64,000 bases of DNA, taken from Eledone cirrhosa. Lineage: Eukaryota. A program made the translations under genes and the position numbers. Below the pieces are notes generated by a model. That model saw nothing but the letters and a program-made list of their open reading frames with translations, did not search any database and was not told the DNA's origin. The stretch spans positions 18,166,001-18,230,000 of the forward strand of contig OZ024757.1 in assembly GCA_964016885.1 (NCBI GenBank), in the 5' to 3' direction. The stretch's first letter is position 1. Every line of letters begins with the position of its first letter. Positions 37,990-52,635 of this stretch are shown here, piece by piece.

Positions 37990-38160
37990 CCATGGGCCCG
38001 GCACTATGTGTCAATAATTGTCACATGTGCAGTGTTTGTACCAGAGTTTTCAAGTCGCTGGCTGGACTAAAAAGTCACACTCGTTCAGCGCATCAGTAGG
38101 GATTCTCCTACATGGATATAAAGTAGTGGCCGTACTCGAAAACGAGTTGGCAGCCACCAT
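37990..38160 (+). mobile_element. RTE LINE extreme 3' end (C2H2-like finger plus UTR)
   Basis: TCAV/TRVFKSLAGLKSHTRSAHQ* followed by the ctcgaaaacgag hairpin. Confidence 0.6.
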
Positions 38161-38909
38161 ATATGTATGTATGTATACATATATATAGTCGAATAGAATA
38201 TTCTGCAATCTTCGTGTCGGTTCTCTGCTATCTGAGTTCAAATAAAGCCAAGATCAACTCTGTCTTTCATTCTTTCGAGGTTGATAAAACTAAACAATAG
38301 TAGCCTGAAGCCCGTATCAATTATTCGTAAATATTTCTTCATTGATCTCCTTTTCTCCCCCTCTCTCTTTCTCTCTCTCTCGCCCCTTTTCTCTCCCCCG
38401 TTCTTTCTTTTTAGGAAATCGGCTGTATGTAGGCATTGAGAGTACATTGGATTTAATTGAGAGTATATCAATTACAAAAACAGGCCGTATTTCACAACGG
38501 TGCCCCTAAGACTCCGTCAGAAAAGATAATATATATTTCGTTAAACACGGCAGCATGTGGTGCACGCATTCTGGTCACCGGTTGGTGAAGGCAGGGTATA
38601 TACATAGAATTATATATATAGAAATGTCCCCCAGAAGTATGAATCCGTGCCCAGCTAAACGATATAGAGGTTATGTCATTTTAGGTTTATGTTTGGGTAG
38701 TAATATAGTTTCCGCATGACTATGCGTTGACGTTATTTTCACACACACGCACACACACACACACACATTTTTGCAAGAGATGTCAACATGAATGGACCTG
38801 TTATTTTTGTCTAAAGACATTTCTTCCAATCCGCCCGTCCCTTCAATCTATCTTATTTCTCATTCTTCCAACCCACCCGTCCCTCCAATCTATCTTATTT
38901 CTCATCCTT

Positions 38910-38945
38910 TCTTCTGATGAAGGACTAGCGTCCGAAACGTTAAGA
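38910..38945 (+). ncRNA. minimal type-I hammerhead ribozyme
   Basis: tctt CTGATGA a ggac tagc gtcc GAAA cg TT aaga. Confidence 0.8.
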
Positions 38946-39039
38946 CCCTCTTCCTGCTATATCAAGCGTTAGCCTAATACATCCCTTCCATATACTGTAC
39001 CGTTTGTGTAGTTATTTTACCTTTTACATATATACACAC

Positions 39040-39696
<657 letters not shown>

Positions 39697-40037
39697 TTTT
39701 TTTTATTATTCCACAATGCTTCAAGCAAACTTCAATACTCTCATATATATATATATATATATTCAGAAATGTACAAGGAAAAGAATGCTGCTAGAAAAAA
39801 GGATTAACATATACCGTATAAATGTGGTGTCTATTATTGCCTATTTACCAGACAGAAAATAGGGGTCGACTTATATGCGAGTATAAAGGGTATGTCATCA
39901 TATCTAAGATGAAATACATATTCAACAATATCAGTAACACCAAATCCATCAACAACAAGACATATATATATATATATATATATATCCCCAAGTTGTGTTG
40001 GTGATAACCATAGTTGTGATATAGAAAAAGGATATAT

Positions 40038-40472
40038 ATAATATAAGATCAAAAGATGGTTAAAGGAGTTCAATATATTTTATTATGCGCATTTCAAAAA
40101 CAAACATCATCAAACAATAATATTTGTGTTTTCATCAGATAAAACAGGAGAACATGATATGAAGGCTAAAAAAACACTTGTTGATAGTGCAGTTTTAAAT
40201 CAACAGTTTTAAATCAACATATGTTGATTTAAAACTGCACTATCAACAAGTGTTTTTTTAGCCTTCATATCATGTTCTCCTGTTTTATCTGATGAAAACA
40301 CAAATATTATTGTTTGATGATGATTGTTTTTGAAATGCGCATAATAAAATATATTGAACTCCTTTAACCATCTTTTGATCTTATATTATGCATACTCCAG
40401 TCCCACAAACTGTAGAGTGCTTCTTATCCGATATCTGCATTGCTTTATTGTACTACAATAAAACTCACCTCC

Positions 40473-40476
<4 letters not shown>
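40038..40476. mobile_element. family-F complete fold-back: about 170-bp arms, HHRs 40078-40144 (-) and 40283-40349 (+), plus tail
   Basis: Centre aaatcaacat|atgttgattt at 40220/40221; ttttat CTGATGA..GAAA tgcgca TA ataaaa on both strands. Confidence 0.92.
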
Positions 40477-40521
<45 letters not shown>

Positions 40522-40523
<2 letters not shown>

Positions 40524-40614
40524 ATGATATACTCTAGAAAAACTTGTCGAGTGCTTCGAATCTGTTATAAATATATTTGTTGAATTACCAACAAATTAAA
40601 TATCCTTTGCTTAC
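40522..40614 (+). mobile_element. family-A tail fragment
   Basis: Reverse-complement homolog of 4762-4850. Confidence 0.72.
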
Positions 40615-40684
<70 letters not shown>

Positions 40685-40876
40685 TGTGTGTGTGTGCGCG
40701 CGCGTGTGCGCGTGTGTGTGTGTGTACAAATATACACATTTATATAAAATATAGATATGTATACATATAGAAAATATGAATTTACCTGTACACACACACA
40801 TATATATATGAATATATATGCGACTTTGTGTTGTGTATATATACATATATATATATGTATATAAACATACATGTAT

Positions 40877-40916
<40 letters not shown>

Positions 40917-41023
40917 ATGTATATACATATATATATATATATATGTATATAAACATACATGTATACATATGCATTTATATATATACTTATATGTATCTAG
41001 ATGAATACATAGACTTATATGTA

Positions 41024-41064
<41 letters not shown>

Positions 41065-41067
41065 TTA

Positions 41068-41264
41068 TAATATAGATGAGATTCTACAGGACTAGAACTG
41101 TTTCATTCATTAGAAATCATCAGGAATCCCATGATTCCTGATGATTTCTAATGAATGAAACAGTTCTAGTCCTGTAGAATCTCATCTATATTAAAACTAT
41201 TATACTCTGCTATGTATTGAGTACCTTACTTACTGTGGTTACCTCCGATTCAACCCGGAATAAC

Positions 41265-41265
<1 letters not shown>
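41068..41265. mobile_element. family-D fold-back: back-to-back complete HHRs 41080-41128 (-) and 41133-41181 (+)
   Basis: gattc CTGATGA tttc taat gaat GAAA cag ttctagtc ctg TA gaatc; 4-nt loop ccat. Confidence 0.9.
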
Positions 41266-41303
<38 letters not shown>

Positions 41304-41624
41304 TATATACATATACTTATATGTATGTATATATATATATATGTGTAGGTATACTTGACTGAGTGTATACCTAACCATATAGCTGATAGAGCTCGCCACC
41401 AGTAACATCGATGGCTAAATCGGAAAGAAGAAGGAAAGAAAGCGATTGGTATAGATTATCAATTGAAATTCCTAATATCTTCCTGCTAGAAAATACGTTA
41501 AACATTTATTAGAGAACTAAGTTCTCTATTGTCTGATAGTGTTGAAAATTGCTGTAGCCGAACAGAGAAAATACTAGCACAATAAACACATATGAATATA
41601 TATCTAGCGAACAAACACACACGA

Positions 41625-41707
<83 letters not shown>

Positions 41708-41724
41708 TATATATATATATATAC

Positions 41725-41791
<67 letters not shown>

Positions 41792-41792
41792 C

Positions 41793-41847
<55 letters not shown>

Positions 41848-42071
41848 AATAATGGAGCTGCGGCGTTGCAAATGGGTTACATATGAAAAAGTTTGTCCTT
41901 CATCAGTGGTCTTCCAACCGTCCTAGGCATTTCATCGCTTTAAAGACCATATACCTCAGGTTGGTGCGAGCAACGGCTAAAAAAAGTCGTTGGGACACGT
42001 AAATAAAGGGGACGTTATATATATATATATATACATACACACACATATATATATACGAATATATATGTATG

Positions 42072-42103
<32 letters not shown>

Positions 42104-42104
42104 A

Positions 42105-42348
42105 TCAAAACGATAGCGGTATGTCGTATATCCAATCTCTTATATATTTTATTTGATGAAAATGTACTGAAACATCATTGTACCTTTTAAATATGTATAA
42201 TAAAATATATACTTTGGTTATGAGAATATTTTTCATTAATTAATATTTTTAATAATATTAAATACTCCAGATAAATAACTGTCGAGTGCTTCTAATCTAT
42301 TGTAAAATTGAATTCGTTGAATAATGAATGAACCATATAAACTTTTGG

Positions 42349-42351
<3 letters not shown>
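42105..42351 (+). mobile_element. family-A element with inactivated HHR (42145-42207)
   Basis: tTGATGA..tAAA core substitutions; TA flanks. Confidence 0.8.
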
Positions 42352-42406
<55 letters not shown>

Positions 42407-42526
42407 TCGTATATGTATGAATATACATACATACATAATATATATATATATATATATATATATGTACTCTCGTATATGTATGAATATACATACATAATAT
42501 ATATATGTACTCTCGTATATGTATGA

Positions 42527-42579
<53 letters not shown>

Positions 42580-42670
42580 GTCTATGTGTGAATGTGTGTG
42601 TGTTTAATTACATCAATTTTATGTTTCAGTATTTTGCACTTTATATCATCAGGTGTATATATACATAGAT

Positions 42671-42701
<31 letters not shown>

Positions 42702-43864
42702 TGTGTGTATGTATCTATGTATATACATATATATATATTTACAACAAACAAAATATTTTTAAAGTGAATTGTTGATAAAATGTATGTACATTTTGATCTT
42801 TTCTATTAAAATTATGACATATATCGCAAATAAGTGTTACAATATACATCAATAGTGGTATATAACATTGAAGTATATATTTATACACACACATTCATAC
42901 ATATATATGTAAATAAATAAATATATATATATATATAAATACATACATATATACATAAATATATATATATAAATACATACATATATACATAAATACAAAC
43001 ATATATACATAAATCTTATATATAAATACATATATAAACAATTATTCAAACTTGAATAGAATAATGCAACAAGGAGGATAAGAGGGTGAGAGATGAAAGG
43101 GGTGTATATATTGTGAAAAACAACAACAACAACAGCAGCAGCAACGAAAAAATACCCCAAAAAACTTACTAAATCTCGGTGGCCATACTATAAAAACCAT
43201 AATTGAAAAAATAAAAATATGAAAAAAGCCAATAAAAAACATAAAACAAAATGGATGAAAATAGGAAATAAGTTAATGGAAAGATCATAGAAAAGAAAAA
43301 CAAAAACAAACAATAACAACAACAACACTGATACACATACAAACAGCGAACGAAACAATATATAAAAAATATATAAAAATTCAATGAAATCACGTTCTTT
43401 TGTCCAAATCCCATAAATGTAGTCACGTGGCACTTTTCATGTTAATTGTATATAAAACCTTGCCAGCGTCCATTAGAAAACAACATAAACACAAACAATT
43501 ACCCCCCAAAAAAGCAGGATTTTTATTTATTTATTTTTATTTATTTTTTTTTTTTTTCAAAATGGTGATTCAGGAAAATCTATGATTCTGTTGAAATTTG
43601 CACAAACAACAACACTGAATAATTCTTTTATATTTTTAATTTGGTATTGATTAAATAAGTAAGAGCTGGGCTTTTTGGCTTGAAAAACACACGCCTAATT
43701 ACCGAATAGTGATAATTCATGATGACCTCACTGGCTTGGGGAACATTTGATTTCCATCAAGGCTTTTGCCAAACCGACAGACATAACTCCATTAAAAACT
43801 TATATCCGGATGAATTGAAAATAAAAAGGTTTATTTCGAATACAGACACGTCAACATCACTTGC

Positions 43865-43961
<97 letters not shown>

Positions 43962-44001
43962 AATGTATGTATGAATAATTGCATACATTTACTCAAACAC
44001 A

Positions 44002-44045
<44 letters not shown>

Positions 44046-44246
44046 GAACACATTTATTTATATATGTGTGTGTATATATGTGTGTGTGTGTGTGTGTTTG
44101 TATAAATACATACATGAATACTTATATATATATGTATATACACATGTATATATATATATGTGCATATATATATATGTACATTTGCATATATGTTTATATA
44201 TTTGTGTGCGCGCTCGCGTGTGTGTGTGTATATATATATATACGCG

Positions 44247-44349
<103 letters not shown>

Positions 44350-44523
44350 TCGTTACATACATATACATAGTGTCTTGATTTCAAAATTAGGCTGTGTAGT
44401 ATGTAGTATTATGATTTTTAAAAATACCAGTTTGAAATATACAGGGGACATATTACTCTGAAGGTACATTTCCCGTTTATCGGCTGTCTTCTGTGGGGCA
44501 TTATAGTTTCGTCTGCTTGGCCA

Positions 44524-44709
44524 GTGGATTGGCACTATCGGTAGAGGGTCGGACGCCATGCTTTGACGCATAGAGTTACGGCCCTTGCCATTCTGAGTTC
44601 AAATCCCGCCGAGGTTAACTTTGCCTTTCATCCTTATGGGGTCGATAAAATAAAGTACCAGTAATACACTGGGTAATTGCTGGCCTTGTGCCAAAAGTAG
44701 AAACAATTA
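44524..44709 (+). mobile_element. tRNA-derived SINE, 20-bp TSD
   Basis: attatagtttcgtctgcttg at 44500-44519 and 44706-44725. Confidence 0.93.
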
Positions 44710-44938
44710 TAGTTTCGTCTGCTTGCATGCAATTGTCCCTTTCGTTTTTTTCTCCCACATGTATATATCCCACGTGCTCTTTTTTATATTATCAAGCCAA
44801 ATTATATATATATAAACATAGCGTTATGTCGTATATCCAATGTCTTACATATTTTATCTGATGAGTTGGCTTGAGTCGTTAGAACGTCGGACAAAATAAT
44901 TTGCAGCATATACTCAGATATTTAAGTTCTCAGTAACA

Positions 44939-45124
44939 TAATTGTTTCTACTTTAGGCACAAGGCCAGCAATTACCCAGTGCATTACTGGTACTTTATTT
45001 TATCGACCCCGTTAAGGATGAAAGGCAAAGTCAACCTCGGCGGGATTTGAACTCAGATCGTAAAGGGACGTAACTATGCTGGAAAGCATGGCGTCCGACC
45101 CTCTACCGATACTGCCAATCCACC
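44939..45124 (-). mobile_element. tRNA-derived SINE with about 20-bp TSD
   Basis: agttctcagtaa(c/a)ataattg on both sides. Confidence 0.92.
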
Positions 45125-45561
45125 CCAGTTCTCAGTAAAATAATTGAACCATTTTAGTAACATTAAAATTTGTAAATAAAATGAAAAATAACTTAGCATA
45201 AAGTGCTCCTTCTACAGGCCGCCATGAAAACGATAATAGCTTTTTTACTATAACCCTTCTCAATGGCCTCACTAGCCTGAATAGTCCATTCTCAATAATA
45301 ACCCACTTCATTTCCTCCCTAAGAACTTGTTATTCTCTTCTTTGTAAATAGTGTATTATACATTCGTACACCGTTTATATATTTTTAAACTATACACAGC
45401 TAGTGATTTAAATGAAGAGACATCATGTTCAAATCCCATCGATGTCAACTTTATCTGTCATCGCCCTGGAGTCAATAAAATATAATACCAATAACGTATT
45501 GGTATCGATATCATCACCTTTCTCCTTCCACAAATTGGTAGCTTTCTACCAATATCAGAAA

Positions 45562-45700
45562 TAATTGTTTCTACGTTAGGCACAAGGCCAGCACTTATCC
45601 AGTGCATTACTGGTACTTTATTTCATCGACCCCGTTAAGGATGAAAGGCAAAGTCAACCTCGGCGGGATTTGAACTCAGATCGTAAAGGGACGTAACTAT
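45562..45700 (-). mobile_element. 5'-truncated SINE, 13-bp TSD
   Basis: tatcagaaataat at 45553-45565 and 45698-45710. Confidence 0.9.
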
Positions 45701-45786
45701 CAGAAATAATAATTGGTAACATCCATATATCTTATTTTAGTATTATATTTACTCTCAACTGGTAAAATATTTTTCAATGAAGAATA

Positions 45787-45972
45787 TACGAGGGTCGGTT
45801 GAAAAGATCAGAGGTTGACTATGAAGGGATGATGCTAGAGATATGAAATCTTACATGCATTAATTTCAACTCTTCTTATCAATAACTGCACTGTTTCTTT
45901 CAAGGGGCTATGTTGAAAAATAAACTTCTTTTGGTCAATCCATGTGAGCAGTTTGGTCTGCCAACCCTCGTA
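45787..45972 (+). mobile_element. mariner-derived MITE with TA TSD
   Basis: TA-cgagggtcgg ... ccaaccctcg-TA; internal ggggctatgttgaaaaataa resembles the mariner G.YVEK* end. Confidence 0.78.
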
Positions 45973-46424
45973 TGAAAGTCTAAAAATTACCCAGGCCGAT
46001 TCGATCTTAGTGTCCTAAGAACTAGAATGAATAAAGCAATTTGGACAACGCTCTCACGATTTCGGCAATATGTACTTTATTTTAAGAACAAGAAACTATG
46101 AGGGGCAAAGTTGACATCGCTAGGATTTGAACACAAAGTTAAAGATAGCGGATTAATACCCGATTGTGTCCAACACTAACAACTTTTCCCAGTTGCTGAC
46201 TTAAGCACAAAACAAGACCAAACGAAGCATTGCATGCATGTATGGCCATATACCTCATGAGGGGGCCATGGGGACACTCTATAGACATAAGGCCTTTCTA
46301 GGACCATTAATTTCAAACCTGGCGGAATCCAATCCTCTCAGGACTGAATACAGCAGATTTCTTCCAGCGAAGGATACAGACTGAGAGAACGGAAATTAGA
46401 GAGAGCTGAGCTGTAGAGGAATAA

Positions 46425-46585
46425 TAGACCCCAGTACTCGACTGGTACTCTGTTTATTGACCTCGAATGGATGAAAGACAATATTAGCCTCGGTGGGATT
46501 TGAGCGGAGAGAGTTAGAGAGCCGGAACAAATCCTGCAAAGTATTCGATCCGACGTTCTAATCACTCTGCTATTTCGCCACCTTG
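46425..46585 (-). mobile_element. old SINE-related copy
   Basis: actggtact..gacctcgaatggatgaaag..cctcggtgggatttga. Confidence 0.7.
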
Positions 46586-46779
46586 CGGCATTAACAGGAA
46601 CTTATACGACAACAACAACAACTACAACAACTACAGTGATATTAATATATTTAACTGTTGTGGGTTTTATATCTTCTCTTCTTTCAATGTCCTCCCCATT
46701 CAATAGTTTTATTCCAATGTCGACTGTGTCTGGCTTGGAAGACTTTGGTCGTTGTCTACAGACAGCGCCATCTATGTCT

Positions 46780-48313
46780 CTCATGCGTCTGTCGTGTCTC
46801 TCTGTCTCTCTCTGATGTCTGTGTCTCTTGTGCGTGTGTTTGTGTGTGTGTATGATGTGTGTGTGTCTCTTGTACGTGTGTTTCTGTGTGTCTTTGGTGT
46901 GTCTTTGATGTGTGTGTATGATGTGTGTGTGTGTGTCTCTTGTGCGTGTGTTTCTGTGTGTCTTTGATGTGTGTGTATGATGTGTGTGTGTGTCTCTTGT
47001 GCGTGTGTTTCTGTGTGTCTTTGATGTGTGTGTATGATGTGTGTGTGTCTTTTGTGCGTGTGTTTCTGTGTATATTTGGTGTGTGTATGATGTGTGTGTG
47101 TCTCTTGTGCGTGTGTTTCTGTGTGTCTTTGATGTGTGTGTCTCTTGTGTGTCTGATGTGTGTGTGTTTCTGTGTGCCTTTGATGTGTGTGTGTCTCTTG
47201 TGTGTCTGATGTGTGTGCGTCTCTTGTGTGTCTGATGTGTGTGCGTCTCTTGTGTGTCTGATGTGTGTGTGTTTCTTGTGTGTCTGATGTGTGTGTGTCT
47301 CTTGTGTGTCTGATGTGTGTGTGTCTCTTGTGTGTCTGATGTGTGTGTGTCTCTTGTGTGTCTGATGTGTGTGTGTCTCTTATGTGTCTGATGTGTGTGC
47401 GTCTCTTGTGTGTCTGATGTGTGTGTGTCTCTTGTGTGTCTGATGTGTGTGCGTCTCTTGTGTGTCTGATGCGTGTGTGTCTCTTGTGTGTCTGATGTGT
47501 GTGTGCCTCTTGTGTGTCTGATGTGTGTGTGCCCCTTGTGTGTCTGATGTGTGTGCGCCTCTTGTGTGTCTGATGTGTGTGTCTCTCTTGTGTGTCTGAT
47601 GTGTGTGTCTCTCTTGTGTGTCTGATGTGTGTGTGTGTCTCTTGTGTGTCTGATGTGTGTGTGTCTCTTGTGTGTCTGATGTGTGTGTATCTCTTGTGTG
47701 TCTGATGTGTGTGTGTCTCTTGTGTGTCTGATGTGTGTGTCTCTTGTGTGTCTGATGTGTGTGTGTTTCTTGTTTTTCTGATGCGTGTGTGTCTCTTGTG
47801 TGTCTGATGCGTGTGTGTCTCTTGTGTGTCTGATGTGTGTGTGTCTCTTGTGTGTCTGATGTGTGTGTGTTTCTTGTGTGTCTGATGTGTGTGTGTCTCT
47901 TGTGTGTCTGATGTGTGTGTCTCTTGTGTGTCTGATGTGTGTGTGTTTCTTGTGTGTCTGATGCGTGTGTGTCTCTTGTGTGTCTGATGCGTGTGTGTCT
48001 CTTGTGTGTCTGATGTGTGTGTGTCTCTTGTGTGTCTGATGTGTGTGTGTTTCTTGTGTGTCTGATGTGTGTGTGTCTCTTGTGTGTCTGATGCGTGTGT
48101 GTCTCTTGTGTGTCTGATGCGTGTGTGTCTCTTGTGTGTCTGATGTGTGTGCGTCTCTTGTGTGTCTGATGTGTGTGTGTCTCTCTTGTGTGTCTGATGT
48201 GTGTGTCTCTCTTGTGTGTCTGATGTGTGTGTGTCTCTTGTGTGTCTGATGTGTGTGTGTCTCTTGTGTGTCTGATGCGTGTGTGTCTCTTGTGTGTCTG
48301 ATGCGTGTGTGTC
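46780..48313. repeat. about 26-bp minisatellite gatgtgtgtgtgtctcttgtgtgtct
   Basis: Direct reading, about 50 units. Confidence 0.95.
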
Positions 48314-48630
48314 AACAGCAATAAAAACAACACAATAACACCACCAACCAACAACAACAACAACAGCAATAACAACACCACAGTAACACCACCAACAACA
48401 ACAACAACAGCAATAACAACACCACAGTAACACCACCAACCACCAACAACAGCAACAACAACACAGTAACACCACCAACCACCACCAACAACAACAGCAG
48501 CAACAACACAGTAACACCACCAACCACCACCAACAGCAGCAACAACACAGTAACACCACCAACCACCAACAACAACAACAGCAGCAACAACACCACAGTA
48601 ACACCACCAATCACCACCAGCCACCACCAC
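48314..48630. repeat. CAA/CAC/CAG trinucleotide minisatellite
   Basis: Direct reading. Confidence 0.92.
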
Positions 48631-48978
48631 CTTACCATGCTTACATCCAACATTACCTACATATTATTATCATTATAATTCGCTATCTATCCCCCCTCCG
48701 TCCTCCCTTGTTTCTAAGACTTCTTTAATTTTACTCCACTCTGCAAATATCCACAAACTCTTTCATTAATTTCCCATAAGTCTCCTTCACAGATTCCTGT
48801 CTCGCTTCTCTCTTTATTATCTCTTTACACATAAACATCCTATCTATCTCTCTCTCTCCCTCTCTCTCTTACTCTCTCTCTCTCTCTTAACACTTACCCT
48901 TCCTATCACTGACTCTCCGTTTATTCCTTTTCTAATGGGTATCAATTTTAATATATATAAATATATATATATATATAG

Positions 48979-49070
<92 letters not shown>

Positions 49071-49074
49071 TGTG

Positions 49075-49128
<54 letters not shown>

Positions 49129-49200
49129 ATATATATATATATATGTCTGTGATTATATATATATATATATATATATATAGACAATATATATATATATATG

Positions 49201-49246
<46 letters not shown>

Positions 49247-49321
49247 CATTTGTATTATATTCATACATTTAAAAAAACTGATGCAAAGATACATTATGCA
49301 TATATATATATATATATATAT

Positions 49322-49416
49322 AACAAAGGAATTGTAGTAAGGAACCAGGTGGACAATAACGCACCAGAAATAGCCGTCGGAACGGCTTGAGCTCTGCAGT
49401 CGGGGTCATACTTTTT

Positions 49417-49419
<3 letters not shown>
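49322..49419. mobile_element. family-C fold-back with one arm deleted
   Basis: Tail (..aacgcaccaga) fused to the centre (accagaaatagccgtc) at shared accaga. Confidence 0.82.
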
Positions 49420-49505
<86 letters not shown>

Positions 49506-50446
49506 ATATATATATATACAAGTGGAAGCTTAGTAAACTCGAAGCTTTGGCTGTGGCCAAGCAAAGTCGACCTACAATAAGGAATGAGTAGCAAAGCACT
49601 CAATCAGGGTAGGTCCTTAGAGTGATAACATTACGTTTAAATAGCTCGACAAATTGAAAATTGCGGTAGGCAAAACCCAACCATACGATACCAAAGTAAC
49701 GAAAGAACTAATCAGGTAAATATAAATATATATTTGTGTGTGTGTGTGTGTGTATTTATATATTGGGAGTTACTAGTAAGAGACCATGTTCAACTTAATA
49801 CTCAATACTTGAGAACGTAGAGTGTAGTTAGTATCAATAGATAGCTGGGCTCTATTTACAATACATATATTACACACACACACACACAGACACATATATA
49901 TATATGAGGAAGTCGATCTGACAGACATTAAAGCTTTGGCTATTTCTGTGCGGAAAAGCACGCACACACACACACACACATACATACATATATATGAGGA
50001 AGTCGATCTGAGAGACGTTAAAACTTTGGCTATTTTTTGTATGTCTCTTCTGTGCGGAAAACCCTGTAAGGTCCACTTTGCCCATCATACATTTGTGGTC
50101 GATAAAGAAAGTTAGAAACCGGTGTTGGTGCAGACTTCCCCTCTTCCAGGTGTCACAAACTCGATTTTCCGCCGAAATAAGGCATAACAAATGAAAAAGG
50201 GATCTGTGTCTGTAGGGAAATCCCTAGTGAAAACATTGAATATACTATCAAGGCATACTAAATCGGGCAAGAGCTCAGCCGTTGGGCAATAACTCTTTAT
50301 GATGCTTACACTCAACGTTCCCAAGTAGATAGTGCTTAGCTCAATAATAGCTTTAATAATCTAAACTGGTAACAACCAATTTCTCCGCCTCCTCTCTCGT
50401 TCTCATTTACATCTGTATACATATATATATTAACGGTTTTTAAATA

Positions 50447-51038
50447 GTCACAAGGCCAGCAATTTAGGGGGCAGGTAAAGTCGATTAAATCGACCCCAGC
50501 GCCTGCCTGGTACTTTATTTTATCGACCCCTTTAAGGATGAAAGGCAAAGTTAACCTCGGCGGGATTTGAACTCAGATCATAGAGGGACGTAACTCTATG
50601 CTTGCAAAAAGATATACACGCTCACACACACATAACATATATACTTACAAACACACAAACACACATATATACTCATATATCCCAGTGCATTACTGGTACT
50701 TTATTTTATCGACCCCGTAAGGATGAAAGGCAAAGTCAACCTCGGCGGGATTTGAACTCAGATCGTAAAGGGACGTAACTATGCTGGAAAGCATGGCGTC
50801 CGACCCTTTACCGATACTGCCAATCCACCGCCCTTGTGTATATTTTAAATAATTGTTTCTACTTTAGGCACAAGGCCAGCAAAATACTCAGTGCATTACT
50901 GGTACTTTATTTTATCGACCCCGTCAGAATGAAAGACAAAGTCAACCTCGGCGGGATTTGAACTCAGACCGTAAAGGGACGTAACTATGCTGCAAAGCAT
51001 GGCGTCCGACCCTCTACCGATACTGCCAATCCACCGCC
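50447..51038 (-). mobile_element. cluster of three SINEs (about 50447-50600, 50661-50832, 50850-51038)
   Basis: Consensus matches; cccttgtgtatatttt duplicated around the third copy. Confidence 0.9.
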
Positions 51039-51786
51039 CTTGTGTATATTTTTAAAAATATGTGTATATATAGGTTTCTCTAAACTACCACAGCATCATG
51101 TTATATTTATTCATTTAATTACTGTTACTATCGTTAGTAGTATTATTATTATCATCATTAGTAGGGCTGTTATATTTCTCTCTTAAGTCTACTAATACCT
51201 CTGTTAAATGGGAAAAACGACACCAGCTTGGTAAACACGAAGCATTTGCTGGTATGGTGTGTGTGTGTGTGTATATATATATACATACATACATGCGTAA
51301 ATGCACAACAAACGCGCACACACACACATATATATATATACATATATATACACCTATTCCCCCCCCCCCCACACACACACACACGATATATATATATATA
51401 TATATATAATGAAGGCAGGTTGTGTACGGGTCTGCCGTTCTCAAGCCTCTCTCTACTTCCATTTCAACCCTGCCAATTCCATTTAGACCATTAGCTGCTC
51501 GGCTAAATCATTTTACAAGACACATAAAAGCCCACGCATACAACACGCACACGCACACGCACACGCACACACACACACACATTCATACCCTCGCAAACAC
51601 ATACATACACAAAGTACCGTTCACACAGTTTCTCACACATATAAATGCAAACTTTCTAACATACACACACAAAACATTCTAACATACACACAGATAAACA
51701 GGCAAATCAGCACACACACCAACACACGCATTCATTTATATATATATATATGTATATGTTTGTGCGTGTTTGGGGGGGGGGGGTAC

Positions 51787-51817
<31 letters not shown>

Positions 51818-51857
51818 TGCATATATGTACGTGACGGTTTAAGGCAAAAACACAGAA

Positions 51858-51888
<31 letters not shown>

Positions 51889-51923
51889 TATATATATATA
51901 TCTGTATGTATGTACATAGATAC

Positions 51924-51972
<49 letters not shown>

Positions 51973-51999
51973 TATATATATATCTGTATGTATGTACAT

Positions 52000-52066
<67 letters not shown>

Positions 52067-52099
52067 TATATATATATCTGTATGTATGTACATAGATAC

Positions 52100-52143
<44 letters not shown>

Positions 52144-52271
52144 CACACACATATATTATATATATATATATATATATGTGTATGTATGTACATAGATACA
52201 TATATAAATATATATATATATACACACATATATATACATATATATATATATATATGCGTGTATCTATGTAC

Positions 52272-52324
<53 letters not shown>

Positions 52325-52375
52325 CATATATATATATATATATATATATGTGTATGTACATAGATACATACATAT

Positions 52376-52406
<31 letters not shown>

Positions 52407-52450
52407 ATATACACATATATATACACCCATATATATACCCCCCCCCCCAC

Positions 52451-52483
<33 letters not shown>

Positions 52484-52635
52484 AGAGAAGGAGAGAAGAG
52501 AAGGAGAGAGCTGCGGAAAAAGCTAGTTACGAAAGCTTGCTAATGTAATAGGTGTGTAAACATTGCAATAAACAAGCGAAACACATAATGCATTTGTTTT
52601 TCGTTTGTCGTTTATATTTGTGTTTTTATGTTCAG

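Noticed and set aside
43050-43860. Possible host 3' UTR or regulatory region
   Set aside because: Unique-looking AT-rich sequence with no diagnostic feature readable from sequence alone.
46781-48630. 609-aa and 416-aa repeat ORFs
   Set aside because: Minisatellite translations; no splice or codon evidence.
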